Positions 1 to 12,162 of a stretch of DNA of 32,000 nucleotides are shown here, in pieces. The first letter of the stretch is position 1. The number at the start of each line of letters is the position of its first letter. The position numbers and the translations under genes are program-made. The notes beneath the pieces are model-generated. The model did no database searches, was not told where the DNA came from, and was given only the letters and a program-made list of their open reading frames with translations. This DNA comes from Nitrosospira multiformis ATCC 25196 (GTDB taxonomy: Bacteria > Pseudomonadota > Gammaproteobacteria > Burkholderiales > Nitrosomonadaceae): the NCBI RefSeq assembly GCF_000196355.1, contig NC_007614.1:1410001-1442000 (forward strand). Direction: 5' to 3'.

Positions 1-6
1 ACGTCC

Positions 7-1811
<1,805 letters not shown>

Positions 1812-1924
1812 CTGTATTGTTGGAGGCGCCTTTCAAGATCGTTTCAGCCTCTAGTCCTCAGGCCGATTCTCCGGTAGTCCTCGGAGAGTGGCAGAATCGT
1901 TTTCAATAACTTGCAGATAAATGA

Positions 1925-3223
<1,299 letters not shown>

Positions 3224-3288
3224 GCCTTTTCAAATCCGAGCGGACAGGTCAGGAATTCCTCATGGAAGGAATCCTGGGAGAAGCCGAA

Positions 3289-3570
3289 GTGAAAGTATTG
3301 ACTCTTATACTCGTGGCATTAATTGTTCTGCTGCAATATCCGCTATGGCTGGGTAAGGGTAGCTGGTTGAAAGTATGGGAGGTCGATCAGCAGCTTGCAA
3401 CCCAGTATGAAACCAACGAAAAACTCAAGACTCGCAATTCCGCGCTGGATGCGGAAGTGCGGGACCTCAAGCAGGGATATGACGCTGTCGAAGAGCGCGC
3501 GCGCAATGAACTCGGGATGATCAAGGAGGGTGAGATTTTTTTCCGTACGGTGAACGATAAAAATGATTAG
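3289..3570 (+). CDS. ftsB: Cell division protein FtsB (septum formation initiator)
   Basis: The sequence has a single N-terminal TM ([24 protein letters not shown]) followed by a coiled coil ([21 protein letters not shown]...[14 protein letters not shown]). It aligns residue-for-residue with the E. coli FtsB N-terminus when started at GTG 3289, which has GGGAGA 8 nt upstream. The track start, ATG 3262, lies in the loop of a 9-bp hairpin (3250-3276), so 3262 remains an alternative start. Confidence 0.85.
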   Translation: MKVLTLILVALIVLLQYPLWLGKGSWLKVWEVDQQLATQYETNEKLKTRNSALDAEVRDLKQGYDAVEERARNELGMIKEGEIFFRTVNDKND

Positions 3571-3629
3571 GATTTTGTGGGCAAGAGTTCAGCTATTTTC
3601 TGTGACAAGCGCATTGATCCAAATCTGAC

Positions 3630-4535
3630 TTAAAGTCCACCCTCGTTTCGTTCAACACTTTGATGCTGTGGCGTTTGAACGAAATCGGATTTTCCATCAA
3701 GATGATTCTGCAGAATATATCTGTCATGAAGGAAGTTGATAAGCCAGCTCAGACAGTATAACGAAGCCCCAAATAAAACGATGGTTGCCCCCGACGCGGT
3801 ATTGAAAATGTAGCTCAGATACATACCCGCGACTCCCGTTGTCCCACCGATGATCAATGCATAGATCAGCATGCGGCTGAAGCAGTCAGTCATGAGGCGG
3901 GCCGTAGCTGCGGGGGTGATGAGGGTGGCAGCGATCATGGTGACGCCTACGACGTTCATGGAAGCAATGATGATTAGCGTGAGGAGCAGCGAGAATATCA
4001 GTTGAACGCTGGCTGTCCTGATGCCGAACACTCGCGCCGCTTCCTGATCGAAAGTAGAGAAGAGTAGCGGCCGGTACATCAAGAACATCGTCGTCAAGGT
4101 GGATAGGGAAACGAACCCGATGAGCAGCAGATCTCCTTCCGTGATTCCAAGGATATTTCCGAACAGGGCTGCTTCGAAACTCTGGCTGAAGGCGCGCACC
4201 TGGCTGATGATGGCGACGCCCAGCGCGAACATGGCATTCGTGACGATGCCGATGGCTGCATCCAGCTTGATCGTGCCGCTCCTGGTAATCCTATTGATCA
4301 ATAGCACCGCAAGCAAGCCCATTGCCCCTGCACCGGCATAAAAATTGAGATTCAATATGAATCCAACCACTGCTCCGCCGAACGCTGCATGGGATAGTCC
4401 GTGACCCACGTAGCTCATCCCGCGCAGTATCACCAGCGCTCCAATCAAGCCGCAGGAAGCCCCCACCATCAGTGTCGCCAGCAGACCATGCCAGAAAAAT
4501 TCATACTCCAGCGGCTCAAGAAGAAATTCGATCAC
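3630..4535 (-). CDS. Metal ABC transporter permease, ABC-3 family (ZnuB/MntB/TroC-D type)
   Basis: 301 aa and highly hydrophobic with multiple TM segments. The N-terminus MIEFLLEPLEYEFFWHGLLATLMVGASCGLIGALVILRGMSYVGHGLSHAAFGG is typical of ABC-3 permeases. Its GTG start overlaps the stop of the upstream ATPase gene (GTGA). Confidence 0.85.
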   Translation of the reverse strand: MIEFLLEPLEYEFFWHGLLATLMVGASCGLIGALVILRGMSYVGHGLSHAAFGGAVVGFILNLNFYAGAGAMGLLAVLLINRITRSGTIKLDAAIGIVTNAMFALGVAIISQVRAFSQSFEAALFGNILGITEGDLLLIGFVSLSTLTTMFLMYRPLLFSTFDQEAARVFGIRTASVQLIFSLLLTLIIIASMNVVGVTMIAATLITPAATARLMTDCFSRMLIYALIIGGTTGVAGMYLSYIFNTASGATIVLFGASLYCLSWLINFLHDRYILQNHLDGKSDFVQTPQHQSVERNEGGL

Positions 4536-5359
4536 GGGTCGCTGTCTGAAAAGTGAATGGGTGTACCAGTGGCAATCAGGAAATAATCTTCATGCCTCAC
4601 TATAGTGATATCGCCCCCGTATGTCCTGGTCAGAATGTCATTGGTAAAGATGTCGCGAGGCCTTCCCTGCGCTATCAGGCCGTTCCTGAAACATATTACC
4701 CAGGGCAGGTGTGAAGCAACGGCGTTAAGGTCATGCGTGGTGAGCAAAATGGTAATACCTTCGCTATTGATATCCCCCAGCAGATGGAGCACTTCATGTT
4801 GAGCCTTGATATCGACTCCTGTGGTAGGCTCATCCAGCACCAGCAGCGCCGGGTTGTTGACCAGGGCTCGGGCGAGAAATGCGCGCTGGCGCTGCCCTCC
4901 CGAAGTATTGGATATCTGCTGGCGCAGGCAGCGGTAAATCCCCAGCCTGTGTGCCAGATCGTGGACACGCTCCCGCTCTTCCACGCTTGGCCAGGGCCAT
5001 ATCCGCTTTCCTGTATAGAAGCCCATCAGGATGACCTCTTCCACGGTAACGGGAAAACGCCAATCCACGCTTCCCAATTGCGGCACATAGCCGATGATGC
5101 CGCGCGGAATGTCGTTCAATGCCTGCCCATCCAGGAGCACGGTGCCGGAAAGGGGCGATTGCGTGCCCAGAATGGTTTTAAGCAGCGTCGTTTTGCCGCA
5201 GGCGGTGGGGCCCACGATTCCTGCGAATTGACCTTTGTCGATTTTCAATGACAGGCGCTTGAAGACGATATGAGGTCCGTAGCCTGCCGTCACATCGATC
5301 AGGCTGACTGCTGCGGGATGTACGTGCGACTCAGTACTTGATATTGCTCGTGTCGACAT
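4532..5359 (-). CDS. Metal ABC transporter ATP-binding protein (ZnuC/MntA-like)
   Basis: Walker A is GPTACGKT, an atypical variant of GPNGAGKS. The signature motif is TSGGQRQR, Walker B is LLVLDEPTTGVD and the H-loop is TTHDL. The gene lies between the binding-protein and permease genes. Confidence 0.9.
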   Translation of the reverse strand: MSTRAISSTESHVHPAAVSLIDVTAGYGPHIVFKRLSLKIDKGQFAGIVGPTACGKTTLLKTILGTQSPLSGTVLLDGQALNDIPRGIIGYVPQLGSVDWRFPVTVEEVILMGFYTGKRIWPWPSVEERERVHDLAHRLGIYRCLRQQISNTSGGQRQRAFLARALVNNPALLVLDEPTTGVDIKAQHEVLHLLGDINSEGITILLTTHDLNAVASHLPWVICFRNGLIAQGRPRDIFTNDILTRTYGGDITIVRHEDYFLIATGTPIHFSDSDP

Positions 5360-6419
5360 CTGCCATGCAGCCCGGATTCCCGCCGAGTGCTGCCGTCATT
5401 ATCCTCATGTTGTTCGCCATCATGCCGATGAAAGAGTTTTCCGGAGGTGGGGGCAGCGCATCATCGGAAAGCTGATCTATGAACTTGACGCCCGTCTCGC
5501 GGGCGATCTGCTCCATGATCTTGCTGGGGAAAACTTCCGAGCCAAAAATAGCAGGTACATTCTCGTTTCTGATCTGCTTTATGATGCGGATTACCTCTCG
5601 TGGTCCGGGTTCCGAAAAATCGGAGGGTTGAACCGCCGCAATGATCTTCATCCCATACCGGGGAGCGAAGTACGCAAAGGAGTCATGATAAGTCACGAGC
5701 TTGCGATTTTTCTCCGGAATGGTCTTTACGCAAGCAAAGGTTGCCTTATCCAGGTTACGCAGCTTGCCCAGATACATCGATGCATTTGCCATGTATCCTT
5801 CCTTGTGTACGGGATCGAGCGCGATGAGCTCGTCCTGCACGACTTCGACATAACGCATTGCCAGCGCGATATTGGGCCAGAGATGAGGATTGGGATGGCC
5901 ACGCTCGCGGGGAAAGCTGAAATCATACTGCCAATCCTCCTTGCGCAAGATACGGTTTCCCAGCTCGAGAATCCGTACTCTTCCTTTCGTGATCTTTTCC
6001 GCCAGCTTCAGGGTGGGCAACTCGAGATCGAGGCCATTGGCAATAATGATATCGGCCGTTTCCAGCAGCTTTGCATCTGCGGGAACCGGCTCGAAGGTGT
6101 GAGAATCGGTTCCATCGGGAACAATTCCAGTCACATTTGCATAATCCCCGCTCACATTGCGGACGATATTCGTGATGGGCGCCACGGTTGTGACGATAAA
6201 GAGCCTTTTGGCCGCATTTCCGGCATGGGAAGGTGGCGGTTGCACTAACAGAAGCAGTAGAAATGGAAGGGCAATCTGACGAAGCTGCACGGCTGTTTTT
6301 TTTGTCGATGAGAAATGGTGTCGCGCTTTGGCTGAAGATCGATCAGGCTTTAAGGTGCTTATGAAGCTTACCATCAATCCATTTACGATGATGTAGGGGA
6401 ATCCTGACAAAGGCTTCAC
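5331..6419 (-). CDS. Periplasmic metal-binding protein, cluster A-I (ZnuA/TroA/MntC family)
   Basis: Family motifs are DGTDSHTFEP, NPHLW, YHDSFAYF and IFGSEVF, a His-His-His plus acidic ligand pattern. It lacks the long His/Asp-rich loop of classical ZnuA. The signal-like segment is LRQIALPFLLLLLVQPPPSHAG. The start is uncertain: GTG 6419, ATG 6374 or GTG 6290, none with a good SD. Confidence 0.8.
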   Translation of the reverse strand: MKPLSGFPYIIVNGLMVSFISTLKPDRSSAKARHHFSSTKKTAVQLRQIALPFLLLLLVQPPPSHAGNAAKRLFIVTTVAPITNIVRNVSGDYANVTGIVPDGTDSHTFEPVPADAKLLETADIIIANGLDLELPTLKLAEKITKGRVRILELGNRILRKEDWQYDFSFPRERGHPNPHLWPNIALAMRYVEVVQDELIALDPVHKEGYMANASMYLGKLRNLDKATFACVKTIPEKNRKLVTYHDSFAYFAPRYGMKIIAAVQPSDFSEPGPREVIRIIKQIRNENVPAIFGSEVFPSKIMEQIARETGVKFIDQLSDDALPPPPENSFIGMMANNMRIMTAALGGNPGCMADVDTSNIKY

Positions 6420-6519
6420 TTAGCCCTACCGGTCATTTCGATATCTCCCGACAGACATGCGCATTATTTGCACGTACCTTTAGCTGGATTGCAGGTTTTT
6501 CCCTGTCTTTCGTCTGGAG

Positions 6520-6546
6520 GTATTACGAATCTGCAATATTTCCTAC
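6520..6546. promoter_or_regulatory. Weak candidate NikR-type operator (GTATTA-N15-TCCTAC) in the divergent promoter region
   Basis: It resembles the E. coli NikR box GTATGA-N16-TCATAC. Only 4 of 6 positions are complementary between the half-sites, and the spacing is one nt shorter. It lies between the ABC operon and the TonB-receptor gene. Confidence 0.15.
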
Positions 6547-6607
6547 CATTTTATTTATTGTGGTTCAAGTTTCACTATAAGGAAATCAAGCAAGGAACCT
6601 GTTTCGA

Positions 6608-8725
6608 GTGGGATATGAATATCGATCAGAGCGCGCTATCAGAGACAATTGCCGCACTTATTCGGCTCGATCGGTTTGCCATGTTGTTCTTTCGATTGAA
6701 GCGGTACTTGCGGGAATGATGGTGCCGTGGTGCAGCAACGCAGCAGGGATCCTGACCCTGAATGAAGTGGAAGTCCGGGCTGATGCCAGAAATCTCATCG
6801 GGACTGCCGATTCGGCAAACGAGGGCACTGTACTCAAGCGCCAGCTTGATGAGCGGACGGTTTATCGACCGGGGGAATTGCTCGAAACCGTTCCCGGCCT
6901 TATCGTCACCCAGCATAGTGGGGAAGGCAAGGCTAATCAGTACTTTGCGCGTGGTTTCAATCTCGATCATGGAACCGATCTGAGGATAACCGTGGATGGC
7001 ATGCTGGTAAACCAACGTTCCCACGGTCACGGACAGGGCTGGGCCGACATGAATTTCATCATTCCCGAACTGGCCGGTGGATTGCGATATCAAAAGGGCC
7101 CTTATTATGCTGATCTGGGCGATTTCTCCTCGGCAGGTGCGGTCAGTATGAGTTATGTCGATAAGCTGCCGCGTGGCATTGCCAACTACGGAGTAGGCCA
7201 GCAGGGCTTCATACGTGGATTATTGGCAAAATCTTATGAGGCGGGCAACGGCAATTTTTTATATGCTTTTGAACTGCTGACCAAGGATGGCCCCTGGATT
7301 AACAAAGAGAATTACAAGAAATTCAACGCTGTATTGCGCTACAGTCAAAATACGGGCAACACCCGATTCAATATCACCGCAATGGGTTATGGTGGAAACT
7401 GGAATGCGACCGATCAGATACCACAACGCGCAGTAACGTGGGGTCTGATTCCTCGCCTGGGCGCAATTGACCCGAGCGACGGGGGAGAATCCCATCGCTT
7501 CAGTTTATCGGCGGCCTTGCAACACACGAGCAATCATGGAGTGACGAGAGCAAATCTCTATACTATCCATAGCAATCTCGCATTGTTTTCCAATTTTACC
7601 TATTTCCTCGACGATCCCATCAATGGTGATCAGTTTTCCCAAACCGACAAACGCTTCCAGTCTGCCTTCAACCTGAATCATACGTGGGTAACCGGTTTGG
7701 CAGGGTTCGCATTCGAAAATCTGGCGGGCATCCAGGTCCAGAGCGATGTTATAGATAATGGCCTGCTAAGCACGCAGCAGCGCCGGGTATTGTCGGTTAC
7801 GCGTAAAGACCATGTGCTCGAAAACAGTGTGGGTCTCTATTACCAAAACAGCGTTCAATGGCTGGAAAAATTTCGCAGCGTGGCGGGAGTGCGTAGCGAC
7901 TTTTACTGGTTTGATATCAATAGCAATATTGACGCCAATTCCGGCAGGGAATACGACAGCATCACGAATCCCAAGCTCAGCCTGATTTTTGGCCCATGGG
8001 CGAAGACGGAGTATTACTTCAACTACGGCAGCGGGTTCCATAGCAACGATGCGCGAGGTGTGACGACAACCGTGGATCCTAAATCCCGAGAACCTGTAAG
8101 CAGAGTCCATCCACTCGTCCGCTCTACGGGGTATGAGGCGGGACTACGCACAGCCATCATCCCCGGACTGCAGGCGTCGATCACATTTTTTCAACTGGAT
8201 CTGGCCTCCGAGCTGTTATTCGTGGGGGATGCCGGCACGACCGAGGCAAGCCGTCCCAGTCGACGCAAGGGGTTCGAGCTTTCGGCATTCTATATGCCCA
8301 ATAACTGGCTAATGATGGATTTGGATTATGCGTTGGCCGATGCCAGGTTTACCGATTGGGATCCGGCAGGCAATCACATTCCCGGCGCAGTCAAAGGGGT
8401 GGGGAAATTTGCTGTTGCCGTGGACAATCTGGGTCCTCTCTTTGGCAGCATGCAGATCCGTTATTTTGGAAAACGACCGCAGGTGGAGGATAACAGCATT
8501 CAGTCGGGCAATACCGTCACAGTCAATGGGCAGATCGGGATAAAGATCGATAAGAAATTCCGCGTAATGCTACAGGTATTCAATCTATTCAATACCAAGG
8601 CTCACGCGATTGATTACTACTATACCTCCCGACTTCCCAATGAGCCCGATGCCGGTATTGCCGACAGGCACTTTCATCCTATCGAAAGCCGTTCTTTCCG
8701 GATCAATCTGGTCGGGAATTTTTAA
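6608..8725 (+). CDS. TonB-dependent outer-membrane receptor
   Basis: 705 aa with a signal-like N-terminus ending AAG. It has a TonB-box-like LNEVEVRA and a plug region (TVYRPGELLETVPGLIVTQHSGEGKANQYFARGFNLDHGTDL...VDGMLVN). A long beta-barrel region ends in RSFRINLVGNF with a terminal Phe. Confidence 0.9.
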   Translation: MGYEYRSERAIRDNCRTYSARSVCHVVLSIEAVLAGMMVPWCSNAAGILTLNEVEVRADARNLIGTADSANEGTVLKRQLDERTVYRPGELLETVPGLIVTQHSGEGKANQYFARGFNLDHGTDLRITVDGMLVNQRSHGHGQGWADMNFIIPELAGGLRYQKGPYYADLGDFSSAGAVSMSYVDKLPRGIANYGVGQQGFIRGLLAKSYEAGNGNFLYAFELLTKDGPWINKENYKKFNAVLRYSQNTGNTRFNITAMGYGGNWNATDQIPQRAVTWGLIPRLGAIDPSDGGESHRFSLSAALQHTSNHGVTRANLYTIHSNLALFSNFTYFLDDPINGDQFSQTDKRFQSAFNLNHTWVTGLAGFAFENLAGIQVQSDVIDNGLLSTQQRRVLSVTRKDHVLENSVGLYYQNSVQWLEKFRSVAGVRSDFYWFDINSNIDANSGREYDSITNPKLSLIFGPWAKTEYYFNYGSGFHSNDARGVTTTVDPKSREPVSRVHPLVRSTGYEAGLRTAIIPGLQASITFFQLDLASELLFVGDAGTTEASRPSRRKGFELSAFYMPNNWLMMDLDYALADARFTDWDPAGNHIPGAVKGVGKFAVAVDNLGPLFGSMQIRYFGKRPQVEDNSIQSGNTVTVNGQIGIKIDKKFRVMLQVFNLFNTKAHAIDYYYTSRLPNEPDAGIADRHFHPIESRSFRINLVGNF

Positions 8726-8780
8726 AGATCAGCATACTGCTGAATAACCTATCGAACTATTGAATATCTGGAGCCAGGCA

Positions 8781-9242
8781 ATGGAACGTCTTACCATCTC
8801 ACTGAATGATCAGCTTGCCAAGCAGTTCGAATCCGCAATGCACAAGCTGGGCTACTTCAACCGGTCCGAAGCCGTTCGCGATTTGATACGAAACATGATT
8901 GAAACCGCGCGCCAGGAAGAACAGGTTGATGGATACTGTATCGCAACGCTCAGCTATATCTATAATCACCACGAACGTGAGCTGGCGCGCTGTGTTACTT
9001 CAACACAGCACAATCATCACAACCTTACCCTCTCCACCATGCACGTGCATATGGATCATGATAATTGTCTGGAAGTGACCATTCTGAGGGGTACGATCAA
9101 GAGTGTGAAAAATTTTGCCAACCTCGTTACCGCCACACCGGGAGTGCGGCATGGCAAGTTGCATCTTCTACCAATAGAAATCGTGCAGGAGCATGATTTT
9201 CATGAATCCGAGCCGCATGTTCATAGCAGTCCTCTTACCTGA
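8781..9242 (+). CDS. nikR: Nickel-responsive transcriptional regulator NikR
   Basis: The ribbon-helix-helix N-terminus is MERLTISLNDQLAKQFE...GYFNRSEAVRDLIR. The C-terminal nickel-binding domain has STQHNHHNLTLSTMHVHMDHDNCLEV and GVRHGKLHLLP, closely matching E. coli NikR. ATG 8781 has GGAG 7 nt upstream; the track start TTG 8760 adds 7 unsupported residues. A 22-aa His-containing C-terminal tail is extra. Confidence 0.93.
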   Translation: MERLTISLNDQLAKQFESAMHKLGYFNRSEAVRDLIRNMIETARQEEQVDGYCIATLSYIYNHHERELARCVTSTQHNHHNLTLSTMHVHMDHDNCLEVTILRGTIKSVKNFANLVTATPGVRHGKLHLLPIEIVQEHDFHESEPHVHSSPLT

Positions 9243-9276
9243 AGAGCCGAGTTGCTGCGGATAGTAAACCAGGACA

Positions 9277-9308
9277 GGCCGAAGAGATTCCGGGAATCGC
9301 ATCCGGCC
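9277..9308. terminator. Imperfect GC-rich hairpin between convergent nikR and response-regulator genes (possible bidirectional terminator, no U-tract)
   Basis: The structure is GGCCG-aa-GAGATTC-cgg-GAATCGC-at-CGGCC. No T-run follows on either strand. Confidence 0.25.
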
Positions 9309-9341
9309 GCTGCACGAAGTGGGATCGATCTGCATGAATTC

Positions 9342-9977
9342 CTATTCGAGCAGCTTATGCTCCGCCACGTAGCGGATCAGTTGCGCGTTGTTCTGCATGC
9401 CCATTTTTTCGAGGACGCGCGCACGATAGGTACTGATCGTTTTCGCACTCAGTTTCAGCTTCTGGGAGATTTCGGTCAGGGATATTCCGACTGCGATGAG
9501 CTTGAGAACATCGAGTTCGCGGTTGGAAAGGGCGGAGTGGCGTGGCATGGTGGAAGAGGGACCCAGGTCGAACAGAAGTTTCTCGGCCAGTTTCGGATCT
9601 ATGTATCTTCCCCCATGCGCCAGTCGGCGAATTACCGATATCAACAGGTCAGTCGGGCTATTTTTTGTCAGATAGGCTGAAGTACCGGCGCGTATCGCAC
9701 GAATGGCATACTCGTCTTCATGGTAGGTGCTGAGCATCAGTATGCGATGCTTTGGATCGTCGTCCATGATCCGTTGTAGCACCTCGAGCCCGTTCATTCC
9801 AGGCATGCTGACGTCAAGCAACCCCACATCCCATCCCCCGAGGCGCATTTTTTTCAAAGCATCGAGTCCATCCGTAGCCTCGCCTACGACTACGATATCT
9901 GTTGTTTCGGCAAGAATGCGTCGCAAACCATCACGAAAAAGCCGATGATCGTCAGCCAGAAAGGTCTTGATGATCAA
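9342..9977 (-). CDS. Two-component response regulator, NarL/FixJ (LuxR-type HTH) family
   Basis: The receiver domain has ADDH, phospho-acceptor Asp in LLDVSMPGMNG, LSTY and YLTK. The C-terminal LuxR HTH is LSNRELDVLKLIAVGISLTEISQKLKLSAKTISTYR. Confidence 0.93.
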   Translation of the reverse strand: MIIKTFLADDHRLFRDGLRRILAETTDIVVVGEATDGLDALKKMRLGGWDVGLLDVSMPGMNGLEVLQRIMDDDPKHRILMLSTYHEDEYAIRAIRAGTSAYLTKNSPTDLLISVIRRLAHGGRYIDPKLAEKLLFDLGPSSTMPRHSALSNRELDVLKLIAVGISLTEISQKLKLSAKTISTYRARVLEKMGMQNNAQLIRYVAEHKLLE

Positions 9978-10011
9978 GCACGCTCTCCTGAAAACGGGTA
10001 CTCAGCGATGC

Positions 10012-12090
10012 TCATGAAACGGATATTCCATTATTTTGTGAAGATACGGGCAGCGCGCGGTACTCCGCAACAATGGAATGAAGGAGGGATGGGCTATTTG
10101 TAATGCCAGAGGCAGTGCAATCAAAATGCTCGTTTCGCCTCAGCGGAATTGATACACGAACCAACGCACCTTGACCTGGCCCACTTGTGATAGCGATATA
10201 ACCCCGGAGTGCTGCGGCCCGTTCTCGCATTCCAACCAATCCAAATGACTTTCCTTTTTTCGCACTCTCGGGATCGAATCCTCTGCCATTGTCGCAAATT
10301 TCGACAATGACTTCGTCCTTTTCCCGGAATAACCGGATTTCCACACGGTTCGCCCCTGAGTGCCGCGTCACGTTTGTCAGTGACTCCTGGACGATACGGA
10401 ATATTGCAACAGTCTGGTCTTCGTCCAGGTTCACCGGTTCCTCGGGTAGTCGCAGGTCACAATAGATGCCGGTATGTTTTTTGAACTCGCTGGTCAGTTT
10501 TGTAAGGGCCGATTCGATTCCCAGTCCCAGTGAAGCAGGACGTAAATGTTCCGCCACATTGTGCACGCTCTGGCCCGCTTTCTCGACGAGTTCGGCCATG
10601 TTGTGTCTGATGGTTTCAAGCCGTTCGCTGCCATGATCTTTCGCGCTTCTTAGCAACGAGATTTCCAGGTGCAGCGCCGCCAGAAGCTGGCCGAGCTCAT
10701 CATGGATCTCCCGTGCAATATATTTGCGATCTTCTTCCCGCATTCGCTCGAGGTGGGCGGCAAATTCCCGTATCGCTGCGTCACGCACCCGGAGTTCCTG
10801 CTCCACCAGAACCCGTGCCTCGGTCTGCTGGTGTTCCAGCCATCGTCCCAGGTCGTCTCCGATTACATCGATCAGATTCTGCTCCTCTGGCAGCAGAAAG
10901 AACCGGTCCCCGCGATAAAACAGTTTTATCCAGCCACGTATCTCACCGTGAACGGTGATCTGTTTTTGCAATTCATGTACATGATTTCCGTGGTATGGAT
11001 CGGATACAAGTTCCTTGCCATCCATTTCGATTTTGACACCGGCGAGATGTGGAAACTGCATTGCTGCGATGAGTTCGGTCGCGATTGTGTCGCATACTTC
11101 TTCCAGCGATGAGGACTCCATGCCTCGCCGGATCGAATAAAAGCAGTTAATTTCCTTCAGCCGTTCGCGCAGCGATTCTTCGACTTGTCTAAGTTTGATA
11201 ATTTCATGTTCAATGGCTTCTGCCATGGAATTGAAACCTGCTCCCAGCTCGGCGATTTCATTGCGGGTGGAAATAGCACAACGAGTCGAATAATTGCCTT
11301 GTGCAATACCGCTTACCTGGCGTCTGAGGTAATCGAGGGGAAGCAGAATGTTGCGGCGTGTATAAAAAGTGGCAAGAGTCGCAAAGAACAGCGCAAAGCA
11401 TAGTACAACCAGTATCAGCAGGATTTGTTGCTCGAACTTGAGCTGCAGATTACTGAGTTTATTCCGGGTGCGTGTGTCGAGTTCGAGCATGAACTGGTTG
11501 ATGGGTGCCATGATTCTGATTTTCTCAGTCTCATAACGCTTGCCAAACAAAAGATCGATCGCAAAATTGCGCCGGGAGGGGCAAGGCACATTGAAATTCC
11601 CCTGTTGATCTTCACATAGTCCTTTTACGGCGGCGAATGCCTGCTTTTCCAGCCTGACGAGGTTGTCCGAATTTTCCTGCGACTGCCGCAGCAGATCCAG
11701 TTCCCCTTCACTGAAACCTTCGCGGCGCATCAATTCCATGAGAGAAATCGTATTTTCCCTTGCACCGGGGGGGTGGGTATTTTCCAGATGAGCATAGGCA
11801 ATCGGATAATCCTGAGGCCGCGGCCTTATGCCATTCCGGATATCGAGTATTTCAAAAAAGCTATGCTCATAGGCAGGATCACCTGTTACTGCATAGGTGC
11901 GAGCCATCCTGGTCAAATCCTCGGAACTGCGAAACAGCTCATTTGCCAGTTGTAGCGATCGGTGCTTCTGACGTTCAGCCTCGGTAACCTCATCGAGCGT
12001 GTTTAACGCCCGAGAAGAAAGAAATATGAGCACGGTGAGCACGAATAGGATGGAGGCGAGAGAGAAATTCGTGAAAAAACCGATTCTCAT
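10012..12090 (-). CDS. Sensor histidine kinase (HisKA_3/NarX-type core) with large extracytoplasmic helical sensor domain, HAMP-like linker and a central cytoplasmic sensory domain
   Basis: Two TM segments (FSLASILFVLTVLIFL and ILLILVVLCFALFFATLATF) bracket about 190 aa. The HAMP-like segment is LPLDYLRRQVSGIAQGNYSTRCAISTRNEIAELGAGFNSMAEAI. The H-box is REIHDELGQLLAAL, the N-box ESLTNVTRHSGA and the G-boxes DNGRGF and GLVGMRERA. It lies 34 nt upstream of the response regulator. Confidence 0.9.
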   Translation of the reverse strand: MRIGFFTNFSLASILFVLTVLIFLSSRALNTLDEVTEAERQKHRSLQLANELFRSSEDLTRMARTYAVTGDPAYEHSFFEILDIRNGIRPRPQDYPIAYAHLENTHPPGARENTISLMELMRREGFSEGELDLLRQSQENSDNLVRLEKQAFAAVKGLCEDQQGNFNVPCPSRRNFAIDLLFGKRYETEKIRIMAPINQFMLELDTRTRNKLSNLQLKFEQQILLILVVLCFALFFATLATFYTRRNILLPLDYLRRQVSGIAQGNYSTRCAISTRNEIAELGAGFNSMAEAIEHEIIKLRQVEESLRERLKEINCFYSIRRGMESSSLEEVCDTIATELIAAMQFPHLAGVKIEMDGKELVSDPYHGNHVHELQKQITVHGEIRGWIKLFYRGDRFFLLPEEQNLIDVIGDDLGRWLEHQQTEARVLVEQELRVRDAAIREFAAHLERMREEDRKYIAREIHDELGQLLAALHLEISLLRSAKDHGSERLETIRHNMAELVEKAGQSVHNVAEHLRPASLGLGIESALTKLTSEFKKHTGIYCDLRLPEEPVNLDEDQTVAIFRIVQESLTNVTRHSGANRVEIRLFREKDEVIVEICDNGRGFDPESAKKGKSFGLVGMRERAAALRGYIAITSGPGQGALVRVSIPLRRNEHFDCTASGITNSPSLLHSIVAEYRALPVSSQNNGISVS

Positions 12091-12148
12091 ATTTTTATAT
12101 ATATATCCCTATAGCCATCAAGCAGGGCTTTTTTTGCAGAAAATCAGC

Positions 12149-12162
12149 GTGAACAAATTCAC
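12149..12162. promoter_or_regulatory. Inverted repeat GTGAA-N4-TTCAC in the kinase/porin divergent intergenic region
   Basis: Read directly from the sequence (gtgaacaaattcac). Its function is unknown. Confidence 0.2.

Noticed and set aside
12096-12106. (TA)5 run immediately upstream of the sensor-kinase start codon, considered as a possible slipped-strand phase-variation tract
   Set aside because: It is too short for a credible contingency locus and lies in a generally AT-rich promoter region.
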